A program made the translations under genes and the position numbers. Of a DNA stretch of 50,480 bases, positions 15,794-25,461 are shown one piece after another. A model generated the notes under the pieces. The model was not told where the DNA came from. It was given only the letters and a program-made list of their open reading frames with translations, and made no database searches. Origin of the DNA: Candidatus Wolfebacteria bacterium (GTDB taxonomy: Bacteria; Patescibacteriota; Minisyncoccia; Phycocordibacterales; NVSU01). Position 1 is the stretch's first letter. Each line of letters starts with the position of its first letter. The stretch is from assembly GCA_002401345.1 (NCBI GenBank), contig NVSU01000004.1, positions 628-51,107 on the forward strand, read 5' to 3'.

Positions 15794-17719
15794 TTATGAA
15801 TTATTTTCCTTATTCTCATCGGTAGATTCTGTAGTATCTGTAGCTTCTTCTTTTGAGTCTGCAGGTTCATTAGGGGCTTCTGATGCATTCCTGTCCTCCG
15901 TAGCTTTTGCAGAGGAGGGTGCTTTTGCCATCGCATCACCAATTTTTTGCATTTCAGTTGAGAGTTCCTCTGAAGATTTCTTGATTGCGTCTATATCGTC
16001 TCCTTCGCTCACTTTTTTAAGTGAATCAATCTTCTCTTGAACAGTTTTTTTAATCTCTTCATCTATTCCTTCTCCTGCATCCTTCAAAGCCTTTTCAGCA
16101 GTAAATACCATTGTATGTGCAAGATTTTTAACCTCCACATCTTCTTTTTTCTTTTTATCCTCTTCTGCATGCACTTCTGCATCTGATGTCATTTTTTTTA
16201 TATCTTCATCAGAGAGACCAGAACTTGCTTCAATTCTAATTGATTGCTCTTTGCCACTTGCCTTATCGAGTGCTTTCACATTTAGAATTCCATTTGCATC
16301 AACATCAAATGAGACCTCAATTTGAGGCACGCCCCTGCTTGATGGTGGAACACCTTCCAAAATAAACCTTCCAAGGCTCTTATTATCAGCTGCCATTGGT
16401 CGTTCTCCTTGTACAATATTAATTTCAACTGATGTTTGATTATCTGCTGCAGTAGAAAATACCTGAGACTTTGATGCTGGTATTGTTGTGTTTTTTTCTA
16501 TCAATTTAGTTGCAACTCCTCCAAGTGTCTCTATACTAAGTGAAAGCGGGATTACATCAAGAAGTAGTACATCTTTTACATCACCTTGCAATACTCCAGC
16601 CTGAATTGCTGCACCTGAGGCAACAACCTCATCTGGGTTAATAGTAAGATTAGGTTCCTTTCCAAAAAATTCCTTCACTGCTTCTACAATTGCTGGCATT
16701 CGAGTTTGTCCTCCCACAAGTATGATTTCATTTATGTCTGTTTTATCAAATGAAGAATCAGCGATTGTTTTCTTGGTAATCTCAATCGTATATTCAATAA
16801 ATTCCTGAACGAGTTCCTCAAGTTTACTTCTGCTTAATTTCATAAGTAGGTGTCGAGGACCTGAGCTATCAGATGTAATAAAAGGAATATTAATTTCAGT
16901 CTCAAGGGTTGATGAAAGCTCGTGCTTTGCCTTTTCTGCCGCTTCCTTTAGTCGCTGTAATGCCAATGGGTCTTTTGAAACATCAATTCCGCTCTCCTTT
17001 TTGTATTCATCCACAATCCATCCCATTATTTTTTTGTCAAAATCCTCTCCACCTGTGTGAGAATCACCACTTGTTGCTTTTACCTCAATCACATCGTTAC
17101 TCACCTCAAGTACAGATACATCAAATGTACCTCCACCCAGGTCGTAGATTACGATCTTCTCATCATTCTTTTTATTAAATCCGTATGCAAGTGCTGCTGC
17201 AGTAGGCTCATTAATTATTCTCTTCACCTCAAGCCCAGCGATTTTCCCAGCATCTTTAGTTGCTTGACGCTGAGCATCATTAAAGTATGCAGGAACAGTA
17301 ATAACGGCCTCTGTTACTTTTTCACCAATTTTTTCTTCTGCGTCAGCTTTTAGTTTACTAAGAATCATTGCGGATATTTCTTCTGGTCGATAGAATGTAT
17401 CACCCATTTTTACTTCAACGCCACCTTTCTCACCCTTTCGAGTTTCAAATGGACTGGATTCTATATCTTTCTGTACCTCCTTATCGTCAAAATTATGACC
17501 CATCATTCGCTTTATCCCAGAAATAGTATTCTCGGGATTTGTCACTGCCTGGCGCTTTGCAAGCATTCCCACGAGTCGCTCATTCGTTTTTGCGAGCGCA
17601 ACAACAGAAGGTGTTGTTCGTGCACCTTCTTTATTCTCTATAATTTTTGGTTGTCCACCTTCGATGATGGAAACTGCTGAATTTGTTGTACCTAAATCTA
17701 TTCCTATTATTTTTGACAT
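15794..17719 (-). CDS. dnaK: Chaperone DnaK
   Basis: [27 protein letters not shown] and LVGGQTR motifs. Confidence 0.99.
   Translation of the reverse strand: MSKIIGIDLGTTNSAVSIIEGGQPKIIENKEGARTTPSVVALAKTNERLVGMLAKRQAVTNPENTISGIKRMMGHNFDDKEVQKDIESSPFETRKGEKGGVEVKMGDTFYRPEEISAMILSKLKADAEEKIGEKVTEAVITVPAYFNDAQRQATKDAGKIAGLEVKRIINEPTAAALAYGFNKKNDEKIVIYDLGGGTFDVSVLEVSNDVIEVKATSGDSHTGGEDFDKKIMGWIVDEYKKESGIDVSKDPLALQRLKEAAEKAKHELSSTLETEINIPFITSDSSGPRHLLMKLSRSKLEELVQEFIEYTIEITKKTIADSSFDKTDINEIILVGGQTRMPAIVEAVKEFFGKEPNLTINPDEVVASGAAIQAGVLQGDVKDVLLLDVIPLSLSIETLGGVATKLIEKNTTIPASKSQVFSTAADNQTSVEINIVQGERPMAADNKSLGRFILEGVPPSSRGVPQIEVSFDVDANGILNVKALDKASGKEQSIRIEASSGLSDEDIKKMTSDAEVHAEEDKKKKEDVEVKNLAHTMVFTAEKALKDAGEGIDEEIKKTVQEKIDSLKKVSEGDDIDAIKKSSEELSTEMQKIGDAMAKAPSSAKATEDRNASEAPNEPADSKEEATDTTESTDENKENNS
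15890..15919 (-). repeat. In-frame 30-nt palindromic insert in the dnaK tail ([10 protein letters not shown])
   Basis: ccc-TCCTCTG-caaaagcta-CGGAGGA-cagg hairpin. Ends shared with 869-887. Confidence 0.55.
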
Positions 17720-17771
17720 ATTATTTTTATAGAGTAATACTAATATTTCTATTAGTATTACTCTTTAATTA

Positions 17772-18368
17772 CTATTTCTTGTATGAAAAAACTTTAACTC
17801 GAGCTGGACGAAGCACTCTCTCATCCGTATCGCCTGCACTCTTTATGATATATCCGACACTTTCAATTGATAGTATCTTTCCGTCATCTTCTTTATTTTT
17901 TGTATCAATTGTTTCAACTGATTGATGATATATTGGATCAAAGTCTACATCTATCTCATCAATCTTTAAAATTCCACTTTGCTCAAATATTGAAAACATT
18001 TGACTATAGATATGCTCTACTCCAATCCTCCAGTTTTTATCTACACGCTCCCATGCCTCCTTATTTGAAAATGCCATATCAAAACTATCTAGTACTGGAA
18101 GAAATTTAAGTAAGACATCTTCCGTAATATATTTGGATACTTCTCCACGTGCCTTTTCTTGAGCTATTTTATAGTTCGCAAATTCTGCACGCTCTCTTTG
18201 CCATCCATCTAAATATTCTTGTCGCTCATTTTTACAAAGTAACAATTTTTGTTTTACATCTGCGAGCTTGGAGCCTATGTGCTCCTCCACATCTTCAAGT
18301 TCAATGTCTACCACATCATTATCGTCACTTTTATGGTCTTTGTCAAGTTTTGATTTCTTTTTTGGCAT
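17772..18368 (-). CDS. grpE: Nucleotide exchange factor GrpE
   Basis: RAEFANY, FLPVLDSF, FDPIYHQ and GY...RVLRPARV motifs, upstream of dnaK. Confidence 0.95.
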   Translation of the reverse strand: MPKKKSKLDKDHKSDDNDVVDIELEDVEEHIGSKLADVKQKLLLCKNERQEYLDGWQRERAEFANYKIAQEKARGEVSKYITEDVLLKFLPVLDSFDMAFSNKEAWERVDKNWRIGVEHIYSQMFSIFEQSGILKIDEIDVDFDPIYHQSVETIDTKNKEDDGKILSIESVGYIIKSAGDTDERVLRPARVKVFSYKK

Positions 18369-18498
18369 ATAGTACGTATTGAAATAAATTTTTCTGGTGA
18401 TTTTACGAGATTATAGAATATAAAGTGTCCTTGATTATATCACAAATAACAGGACAAGAAAAAACAGAGCATGTTGCTCCGTTTTTAATCTCTATACT

Positions 18499-18966
18499 TT
18501 AACGTTTAGACCATTGCGGAGCCTTTCTCGCCTTCTTCAATCCAAATTTTCTTCTTTCTTTCATTCGAGGATCTCTCTTTAAATATCCAAGTTTTTTAAG
18601 TCTTGAACGTAACTCTTCATCAAAACCAGCTAAGACACGTGAAATTCCATGACGAACTGCCTCTGCCTGAGAGTGAATACCTCCACTCATCACATGTACA
18701 GTTATACTAAATTTAGAATCCAATTTTGTTTTTAGAAATGGATCGTTAACGGTTTTTAGTAATTCCTCTGTTACAAAATACTCAGACGCGTCTTTATCAT
18801 TCACCATAAATGAACTCTTGCTCGCTGGAGTAAGTCGAACGCGCGCAGTAGATGTTTTTCTTCTTCCCACTGCTTCAGTATACCGATCTGTGTTTTTTAA
18901 TTCCAAATCAATTAGACCTTTAGTTTTTGATGTTTCAGTTGTTACTGTTGTTTCTGTTACTTCCAT
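18499..18966 (-). CDS. rpsI: 30S ribosomal protein S9
   Basis: GRRKTSTARV and ERRKFGLKKARKAPQWSKR. Confidence 0.98.
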   Translation of the reverse strand: MEVTETTVTTETSKTKGLIDLELKNTDRYTEAVGRRKTSTARVRLTPASKSSFMVNDKDASEYFVTEELLKTVNDPFLKTKLDSKFSITVHVMSGGIHSQAEAVRHGISRVLAGFDEELRSRLKKLGYLKRDPRMKERRKFGLKKARKAPQWSKR

Positions 18967-18971
18967 ATATT

Positions 18972-19316
18972 TTATTCAGATATTATAAGGTTTTTCATCA
19001 ATAATGCCCGTAATCTATTAGCGGGAAGCATTCCGTATACTGCTTTTCTAAAAACTTCAGAATACCCCTTCTTTTCGATTACCTTTTCCATAGTTTCAAA
19101 TTTTTGACCTCCCGGATAACCGGAATATCTCACATATTCAACGCTCTTAAGTTTTTTAGGGTTAATGCTCGCCTTTGAAGTATTTGTTATATGCACTTTA
19201 TTTCCTGAGACTTTATTTTTCTCAAAATCAGGTCTGTCTTTCCCCATCAACAATACCGCTGCCTGAGTTGCAGTCCTTCCAAGTGATTTTCCATTTGCAT
19301 CTAATGTATGTTCCAT
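18972..19316 (-). CDS. rplM: 50S ribosomal protein L13 (short form)
   Basis: LDANGKSLGR, YSGYPGG and AVYGMLP motifs, upstream of rpsI. Confidence 0.95.
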   Translation of the reverse strand: MEHTLDANGKSLGRTATQAAVLLMGKDRPDFEKNKVSGNKVHITNTSKASINPKKLKSVEYVRYSGYPGGQKFETMEKVIEKKGYSEVFRKAVYGMLPANRLRALLMKNLIISE

Positions 19317-19363
19317 GTGTGTATGTGTATCTATTATCTAGTGAAGGCAGTGTAGCACAAGCG

Positions 19364-19717
19364 CTATACAAATTCAATAAGTGCCATCTTACTCGCATCA
19401 CCCTGTCGACGTGGTAATTTTAATATCCGTGTGTATCCACCATTTCTGTCCATGTACTTTGGTGCAACATCCTCAAATAATTTCTTTGCTTCACTTTTTT
19501 GATTCATAAGTCGTGCAACTGCTATCCTTCTTGAACTCAGTGTATTAGTCTTTCCTAATGTAATTAGTTTCTCTATATACGGACGCAATTCTTTTGCTTT
19601 AGCCTCTGTTGTCTTTATTCTTCCATATCGAATAATAGACAATGCAAGAGACCGCAAAAGTGCATTTCTTACTTTACGTTTTCTACCAAATTTTCTATTT
19701 TTATTATGATGTCTCAT
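19364..19717 (-). CDS. rplQ: 50S ribosomal protein L17
   Basis: MRH...[12 protein letters not shown]...RNGGYTRI. Confidence 0.98.
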   Translation of the reverse strand: MRHHNKNRKFGRKRKVRNALLRSLALSIIRYGRIKTTEAKAKELRPYIEKLITLGKTNTLSSRRIAVARLMNQKSEAKKLFEDVAPKYMDRNGGYTRILKLPRRQGDASKMALIEFV

Positions 19718-19738
19718 ATATCAATCTATATTCTTACG

Positions 19739-20731
19739 TTATTCTTTGAGAGTAATACCAAAATTGCCAAGTGCTTTCTTGATCTCCTTTATACCTTTTT
19801 CTCCTAAACCTTTCAACTCAAGCAAATCTTTTGCACTCTTTCGAGCAAGTCCACCTACTGTTCTTATATTTGCTTCATCTAGTGCATTCGCTGTACGAGA
19901 TGAAAAATCAAGAGTGTCTATTCGTGTCTTCATTACATCTGTGAAGTCATCTTCTTTTTCTTCAACTTTCTCTTCTACAGGCTCCTCGGTCTCAGCTTTT
20001 TCTTTCATTTTTTCTGCTTCTTCATGAATCTCATCTATGCCTTTAAAATCAAATATAGCTTGAAGTTGAGTTATCATTATTTCAATCGACTTCTCAAGTG
20101 CTTCACGTGGTGTGATTGTTCCATCAGTATCAATAGATATTCGAAGTCTATTGTGGTTTGTTTTATCTCCCACTCTCATATTTTCTACCTCATAACTTAC
20201 TCTCTGTACGGGAGAAAAAATTGCATCAACTGCGATTTCACCCACTTCAACCTTTTCTTTCTGTAGTACTTCTTTAGATACAAACCCAAGGCCTTTTTCT
20301 ACAGTCATTTCAATATTCAAATTTGTGTTTTTGTCAGTTACGTCTGCAATAAAGAGGTCTTTATTGAGTACTTCAACTTGTCCTCCTGATGTAATATCCG
20401 CTGCAGTTACCTTGTGTGGTCCTTTAACTGATATTGTTACCTTTTGGGGCTCATCTGTAAGCATTTTAAATCGAACCTTTTTAAGATTAAGAAGAATAGT
20501 TATCACATCCTCTTTCACGCCATCAATTACCGAAAATTCATGACTTACGCCATCAATCTTTAGAGATGTTATTGCAGCACCCGGAAGTGATGAAAGGATA
20601 ATGCGTCGAAGTGAATTTCCGAGTGTATGACCATATCCAGGATATAAATTATCTATTTCATAGACTCCCTTTGTATCTTCTTCAAGAACAATTCGAGGCT
20701 TAGATGGTAATAGTATGTTGTATTCTGACAT
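19739..20731 (-). CDS. rpoA: RNA polymerase subunit alpha
   Basis: GYGHTLGNSLRRIILSS, HEFS.IDGVKED and a C-terminal alpha-CTD. Confidence 0.98.
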   Translation of the reverse strand: MSEYNILLPSKPRIVLEEDTKGVYEIDNLYPGYGHTLGNSLRRIILSSLPGAAITSLKIDGVSHEFSVIDGVKEDVITILLNLKKVRFKMLTDEPQKVTISVKGPHKVTAADITSGGQVEVLNKDLFIADVTDKNTNLNIEMTVEKGLGFVSKEVLQKEKVEVGEIAVDAIFSPVQRVSYEVENMRVGDKTNHNRLRISIDTDGTITPREALEKSIEIMITQLQAIFDFKGIDEIHEEAEKMKEKAETEEPVEEKVEEKEDDFTDVMKTRIDTLDFSSRTANALDEANIRTVGGLARKSAKDLLELKGLGEKGIKEIKKALGNFGITLKE

Positions 20732-20782
20732 AATTATTTTTATTTTGAATAATAATTAATAGTAATTATAAAATGAATGTGA

Positions 20783-21391
20783 TTATCGACTGTAGAACTC
20801 CATAACTGAACTAAAGTCCAAAAAGGATTGATCATTCTTTGGTACTCCTGTGATTTTCCCCTCAACTTTATTTGCATCAAATCCAAGCCATGCAGGAACT
20901 ACAAAATCCTTTAGCTTCTTAGCTAAATTGGTGAAAAGTACACTTTTTTTGCTTCCTTCTCGAACAGTTATAATGTCTCCATTCTTTACTTGATATGATG
21001 GAATTTTCAATCTGGTACCATTCACAAGAAAATGCCCGTGGGCAACCATCTGTCGTGCAAGACGACGTGTGTGTGCAATACCGAGTCGGTAAATTGTATT
21101 ATCAAAACGCGACTCAAGAAATTCATAAAGAGAGTCAGATGAGTTAAATCCCTTTTTTTCAGAAGCTTTCTTTACATAGTTAGAGAATTGCTTCTCAGAC
21201 ACTCCGTAACTAAATCGAACTTTCTGTTTCTCAATTAACTGAGTTCCATATTCCGAAATCATTTTTCGTCTTTTGGTACCTCGAACCTTCGCATGCCTTC
21301 CCTCTGAAAGCGCGAATTTTTGAGTCTGGCATTTCTCAAATACACCAGCTCCCAACCGTCTACATATTTTATATTTTGCCTTATTAATCAT
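20783..21391 (-). CDS. rpsD: 30S ribosomal protein S4
   Basis: SEYGTQLIEKQK, LESRFDN, ARQMVAHGH and EFYSR motifs. Confidence 0.98.
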   Translation of the reverse strand: MINKAKYKICRRLGAGVFEKCQTQKFALSEGRHAKVRGTKRRKMISEYGTQLIEKQKVRFSYGVSEKQFSNYVKKASEKKGFNSSDSLYEFLESRFDNTIYRLGIAHTRRLARQMVAHGHFLVNGTRLKIPSYQVKNGDIITVREGSKKSVLFTNLAKKLKDFVVPAWLGFDANKVEGKITGVPKNDQSFLDFSSVMEFYSR

Positions 21392-21417
21392 ATGACCTGT
21401 TTACACTATTAAAAAAA

Positions 21418-21852
21418 TTATACTCTTCGTGGTTTTTTAGGACGCGGTCCATTATGTGGTACTGGTGTCCTGTCTTTAATCATGGTTAGTTCTATTCCGT
21501 GTGCCATGAATGCTCGAATAGTAGGTTCACGACCTGATCCTATTCCTTTTACTACTACATCAGCTTCTTTTACTCCCATAGAATGAGCCTTTTCACCTAT
21601 GAGATCACCAATTTTTGATGCAGCAAATGGTGTACCTTTTTTTGCTCCTTTAAAGCCAAGTGCCCCAGATGAAGACCAAAACACTGCATTTCCTGATTTG
21701 TCTGTAAGTACAGCTTTTGTATTATTAAATGTTGCTTGAACATAAAGCGTAGCTGAACTAAGTTTTCTCTTTGATGAACGAGAAAGTGACCGAGCCTTGA
21801 GCTCTCGGTTAACTGATCCTCCTTCTTTTTTTACAATACGTTTTTTACCCAT
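21418..21852 (-). CDS. rpsK: 30S ribosomal protein S11
   Basis: TFNNT, KGTPFAA and TPVPHNGPRPKKPRRV motifs. Confidence 0.98.
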   Translation of the reverse strand: MGKKRIVKKEGGSVNRELKARSLSRSSKRKLSSATLYVQATFNNTKAVLTDKSGNAVFWSSSGALGFKGAKKGTPFAASKIGDLIGEKAHSMGVKEADVVVKGIGSGREPTIRAFMAHGIELTMIKDRTPVPHNGPRPKKPRRV

Positions 21853-21872
21853 ACTATTTTAAAATAAATATT

Positions 21873-22253
21873 TTATGTCTTCTCAACCTTTCGTCTTCCT
21901 GAACCCATAGTCTTTCGTACATTCCCTCGAACTGTTCGTGAATTAACCTTTGTTCGTTGTCCTCGTGTCGGAAGATTTTTCATATGTCGACTACCCCTAT
22001 AACTATTAATATCTTTGAGTCGTTTAATATTTGAAGAAATCTCTCGATTCAAGTTTCCTTCTATAGTATATGACTCTATTTCTTTTTTTATTTGAGCTTC
22101 CTGATCTGTAGTTAACTCGCCTGCTGTAGTACGTGGGTCAATGTGTACTTTCTCTAGTATTTTTAATGCACGTGGACGTCCTATACCAAAAAGCGCCGAG
22201 AGTGAAATCTCAAGTTGCTTATCATTTGATATATTAATTCCTAAAATTCTCAT
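21873..22253 (-). CDS. rpsM: 30S ribosomal protein S13
   Basis: GIG and YRGSRH..NLPTRGQRTK motifs. Confidence 0.98.
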   Translation of the reverse strand: MRILGINISNDKQLEISLSALFGIGRPRALKILEKVHIDPRTTAGELTTDQEAQIKKEIESYTIEGNLNREISSNIKRLKDINSYRGSRHMKNLPTRGQRTKVNSRTVRGNVRKTMGSGRRKVEKT

Positions 22254-22277
22254 AATTGGGTGATACGATGCATTTCT

Positions 22278-22388
22278 CTATTGCTTCTGTTTATGCTTTG
22301 GATTATTGCAAATAACACGAAGATGACCCTTTCGCTTAACTATTTTGCAATTTACGCATATTTTCTTAACAGATGCTTTTACTTTCAT
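22278..22388 (-). CDS. rpmJ: 50S ribosomal protein L36
   Basis: Manual translation [36 protein letters not shown], between infA and rpsM. Confidence 0.95.
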   Translation of the reverse strand: MKVKASVKKICVNCKIVKRKGHLRVICNNPKHKQKQ

Positions 22389-22539
22389 ATTGTAAAATAA
22401 TGTTTATTTACAAGCTTATTTATTGCTTTTCCAACTAAAAACGAGCGCAGCGCGCAAGTTGTACCATTATAAAAAAAATAATACTTTTTGTAAAGTATAT
22501 TAAGTGAATAAATACCTTATATACAAAAGAGTAATTCCT

Positions 22540-22770
22540 CTATGTCCTCTTTACAATTCTCCCTTTATCTCCATCAGGACTAAGAACCATTTCTACTCTA
22601 TCTCCAATCAAAACCTTAATCCTGAATTTTCTCATTTTCCCTGCCAAATATGCCAAGATAATTTTCTCATTATCAAGTTCAACTCTAAATTGAGTATTAG
22701 GCAACGCCTCTGTTACAGTCCCTGAAACAGTTTCGATTATTTCTTTTTTTTTCTCATCTCTTCTTTTCAT
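22540..22770 (-). CDS. infA: Translation initiation factor IF-1
   Basis: [16 protein letters not shown]...AGKMR...GDRV...GRI. Confidence 0.96.
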   Translation of the reverse strand: MKRRDEKKKEIIETVSGTVTEALPNTQFRVELDNEKIILAYLAGKMRKFRIKVLIGDRVEMVLSPDGDKGRIVKRT

Positions 22771-22818
22771 TATATAGTCGATTAATTGTAACAAATAGCA
22801 TATACAGAACCAAATCTA

Positions 22819-24210
22819 TTAGTTATCAATTTTTTCTGTATTAATAATTTTTATATCTTTAGATTTTTCTGGAAATGTTTTTTTCCAAAATGGTTTTATT
22901 ACTACTTCTGCTCTATCTATATTGTTATATTCAGATAATATAGATTCAAATCGTCTCTTATGTACTCCTTGCAATTCACCTATAAGTTTTTCTTGATCTA
23001 CATCCCATACTATACGTGCCTGTCCTGACAATGTAAACATTATCTCTTCTACTTGTTCAGGTAAGATAAATTCCTTGTCCTCAAGTACAAATACAAGTTC
23101 ATCGCTATTTGAAATTGAAACGTCGCTTCCATCAAATTGACTTACGACTCGCTCAGCAACACTGTCGGCGAGTTCCTTTTTGTCGAAGATAAATGCATAC
23201 AATGTTCCCTCTTCCTTCACTGATACAAGCGTGTCTTCTGATTCAAAGAATGAAGTTTCATTCTTTGTTACATATATAGTGTCATCCCAAAATGTGAACC
23301 CTGATGGAACTTGTGCTGAAATGTTTTTCAGTAATGTTGCTTGTAAATTTGAGCGTACAGATTCTTTAGCCTTATTTGCCTCCTCTTCTGTCAGTCTATA
23401 TCTCTTACCTGTTAATCCTCCTGTTATCTCTGTTTGAGAACGTGCATAGAATTTATCAAATTTAGGTGTTCCTTTAAATCCGAACACAGTGAAATCTGTG
23501 AGATCTGTATCAAATTCCTCTCCTGGCTCTTCAGCACGTACCGTCACAATAACCGATCCAGGAATCGTTTCACCATCAACAATAGTCGCACCCGGTACAG
23601 TGGTTGGAGAATCTGTTTTATATATTTTACCATCTGCTGATTCAAGGCGTGTATCAACCAATAGTCGCTGATTCTTTGAGCTATACTCATTAAAGATTAT
23701 CACTTTCCCTGTAGACCTTCGTTCAACTTCAACTTCAACAGTTGCTGTCACAATTTTGATTTCTTCTCCTGTAACCGCCATAATCTGAAACGATAATCCT
23801 TCAGATGAATCATTTTTAGTAGCAGTGAAGCTATCTTCTAATACAAATGTACCCATCGTTGGAGTGATCGTTACTCGAGCACCACTAAACAAAAGAGACA
23901 ATGCAAAGAAAAGAATTACTACTGACACAAATGCAATAAACCACAATGCAATTTTAGGCCCTTGAGCTACTCCAGCTGGACTATAGCTATCTGCAGACAC
24001 CTTTCTTTTTTTGACAGTCTTTCGTGTAGGTTTTATTACTCGCGGCCTAATTTGAGATGGTGTAGTTTTTTTTACACTACCGCGCACAGGCACACTACCG
24101 CGCACAGGCCCATTAGCACGGACAGTACCTTTGCCACGGGCAGAAACCGTAGTTGTTGCTACTTTTCTACTTCTATCTGATTTTTTTATATCTTGTATTT
24201 TTTTTGCCAT
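22819..24210 (-). CDS. Bitopic membrane protein with a baseplate-J-like extracytoplasmic region
   Basis: Basic N-terminus, one TM, then GKVIIFN...TRLES..GKIY...TVPG...VRAEEPGEEF. Family assignment from recall only. Confidence 0.6.
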   Translation of the reverse strand: MAKKIQDIKKSDRSRKVATTTVSARGKGTVRANGPVRGSVPVRGSVKKTTPSQIRPRVIKPTRKTVKKRKVSADSYSPAGVAQGPKIALWFIAFVSVVILFFALSLLFSGARVTITPTMGTFVLEDSFTATKNDSSEGLSFQIMAVTGEEIKIVTATVEVEVERRSTGKVIIFNEYSSKNQRLLVDTRLESADGKIYKTDSPTTVPGATIVDGETIPGSVIVTVRAEEPGEEFDTDLTDFTVFGFKGTPKFDKFYARSQTEITGGLTGKRYRLTEEEANKAKESVRSNLQATLLKNISAQVPSGFTFWDDTIYVTKNETSFFESEDTLVSVKEEGTLYAFIFDKKELADSVAERVVSQFDGSDVSISNSDELVFVLEDKEFILPEQVEEIMFTLSGQARIVWDVDQEKLIGELQGVHKRRFESILSEYNNIDRAEVVIKPFWKKTFPEKSKDIKIINTEKIDN

Positions 24211-24249
24211 ATATATAGTAATACCATAGAAGTATACTATATTCACCCA

Positions 24250-25434
24250 TTATGAATATAGTTTACTCGCATAAATAGTCTCAAGTAACAAAAAAGAATC
24301 TCTCTCTACTTTATAGCCAAACTTGAGAAATCCATGTAATGCCTTGGATTCAAGTGCAATTACAGTAAATTTCTTTTCTGTAAGCATATACTGATTAAAC
24401 TGTTCGCTTTGAATCGCACCCACATACCATTGTGTAATATCTTCATCAGCTGTAATAAAAACAACATGAGGCAACGAGGTCAACTGAGACATTTTCTCTA
24501 ATGTAGTTCTAAAGTGGCCTACCCAATCATCTTGTGCATTATCCAAAATAGCATCAATTTTCTTGCGGAGTATTTTTTCCACATGACCAGATAAGTACAT
24601 ACATAACAGTGACAATGCTTCCTCTTTAGATAATTGTAGATGTGTAGCTATTCGTCGCACAAGCACATTTTTACCAGATGGGAATGTTGAAGACTCAATT
24701 AATATATCATCCTTAATTACTGACACATCTGTTATTTCTCCTCCTACATCAATCAGTATAAAATCTTTTTGATGTGAATGGATACTACGCGCTACTTCAT
24801 AAGAAGAAAAGAGAAATGACGAAAATGAAATAGTGGGAACCGGGAGACTACTGTTTATTTTGTGCTCAATAGACTGGAGAATTGATTCTGGACTCATACT
24901 TATAAAAAGTGTCAGTTCGGCGTCATGTGCCTTCTTACCTATAGGTGAGTTTGTTGAATATCCATTTAACTTCACATGAATATTCTTACTCTCAATCACA
25001 CGTATTTCATTTCCCTTTTGATTATATTTCTTAAAATGTGATGATTCAAAATTTTTCAAATCATCAGCAATCAGCTTTTGTGCAAGTGATTCTGTATAGG
25101 AGAATTCAATATCTTTACTGTAGGTGACTACTCGAGTTTGAGATGTATACCACGGAGATGCAAGAAAACAATATGCTCGTGTTGGGTATCCTGTGTCTGC
25201 ATCATTTAATTTTGCAGCTACAACGCCAATTGCATCAAGCATGAGTGTAGTAAATCTCTCATGATGTAGATCCTCCTGAAATGAGACTGGGTATCTAATA
25301 GAATACAGTACTCGAGCTTTCTTTTTTAATTTTCCACCTTTAGGGACTGCAACAAGAGCGCCTCCAATACTTGCACTTCCTATGTCAAAGATTGCAACAA
25401 TTTCATGTATTTCTTTTTTCTTTCGCCCAAACAT
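24250..25434 (-). CDS. Actin-fold FtsA/PilM-like protein
   Basis: IFDIGSASI (phosphate 1) and LIDVGGEITDV (phosphate 2) motifs. Confidence 0.7.
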   Translation of the reverse strand: MFGRKKKEIHEIVAIFDIGSASIGGALVAVPKGGKLKKKARVLYSIRYPVSFQEDLHHERFTTLMLDAIGVVAAKLNDADTGYPTRAYCFLASPWYTSQTRVVTYSKDIEFSYTESLAQKLIADDLKNFESSHFKKYNQKGNEIRVIESKNIHVKLNGYSTNSPIGKKAHDAELTLFISMSPESILQSIEHKINSSLPVPTISFSSFLFSSYEVARSIHSHQKDFILIDVGGEITDVSVIKDDILIESSTFPSGKNVLVRRIATHLQLSKEEALSLLCMYLSGHVEKILRKKIDAILDNAQDDWVGHFRTTLEKMSQLTSLPHVVFITADEDITQWYVGAIQSEQFNQYMLTEKKFTVIALESKALHGFLKFGYKVERDSFLLLETIYASKLYS

Positions 25435-25461
25435 ATACGGTATTTATTATACCAGATAGTG

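Noticed and set aside
18369-18498. CIRCE/HrcA operator upstream of grpE
   Set aside because: No TTAGCACTC-N9-GAGTGCTAA match and no hrcA in the window.
24074-24109. 18-bp tandem duplication encoding PVRGSV twice
   Set aside because: Simple in-frame slippage duplication in a disordered tail, unrelated to the palindromic families.
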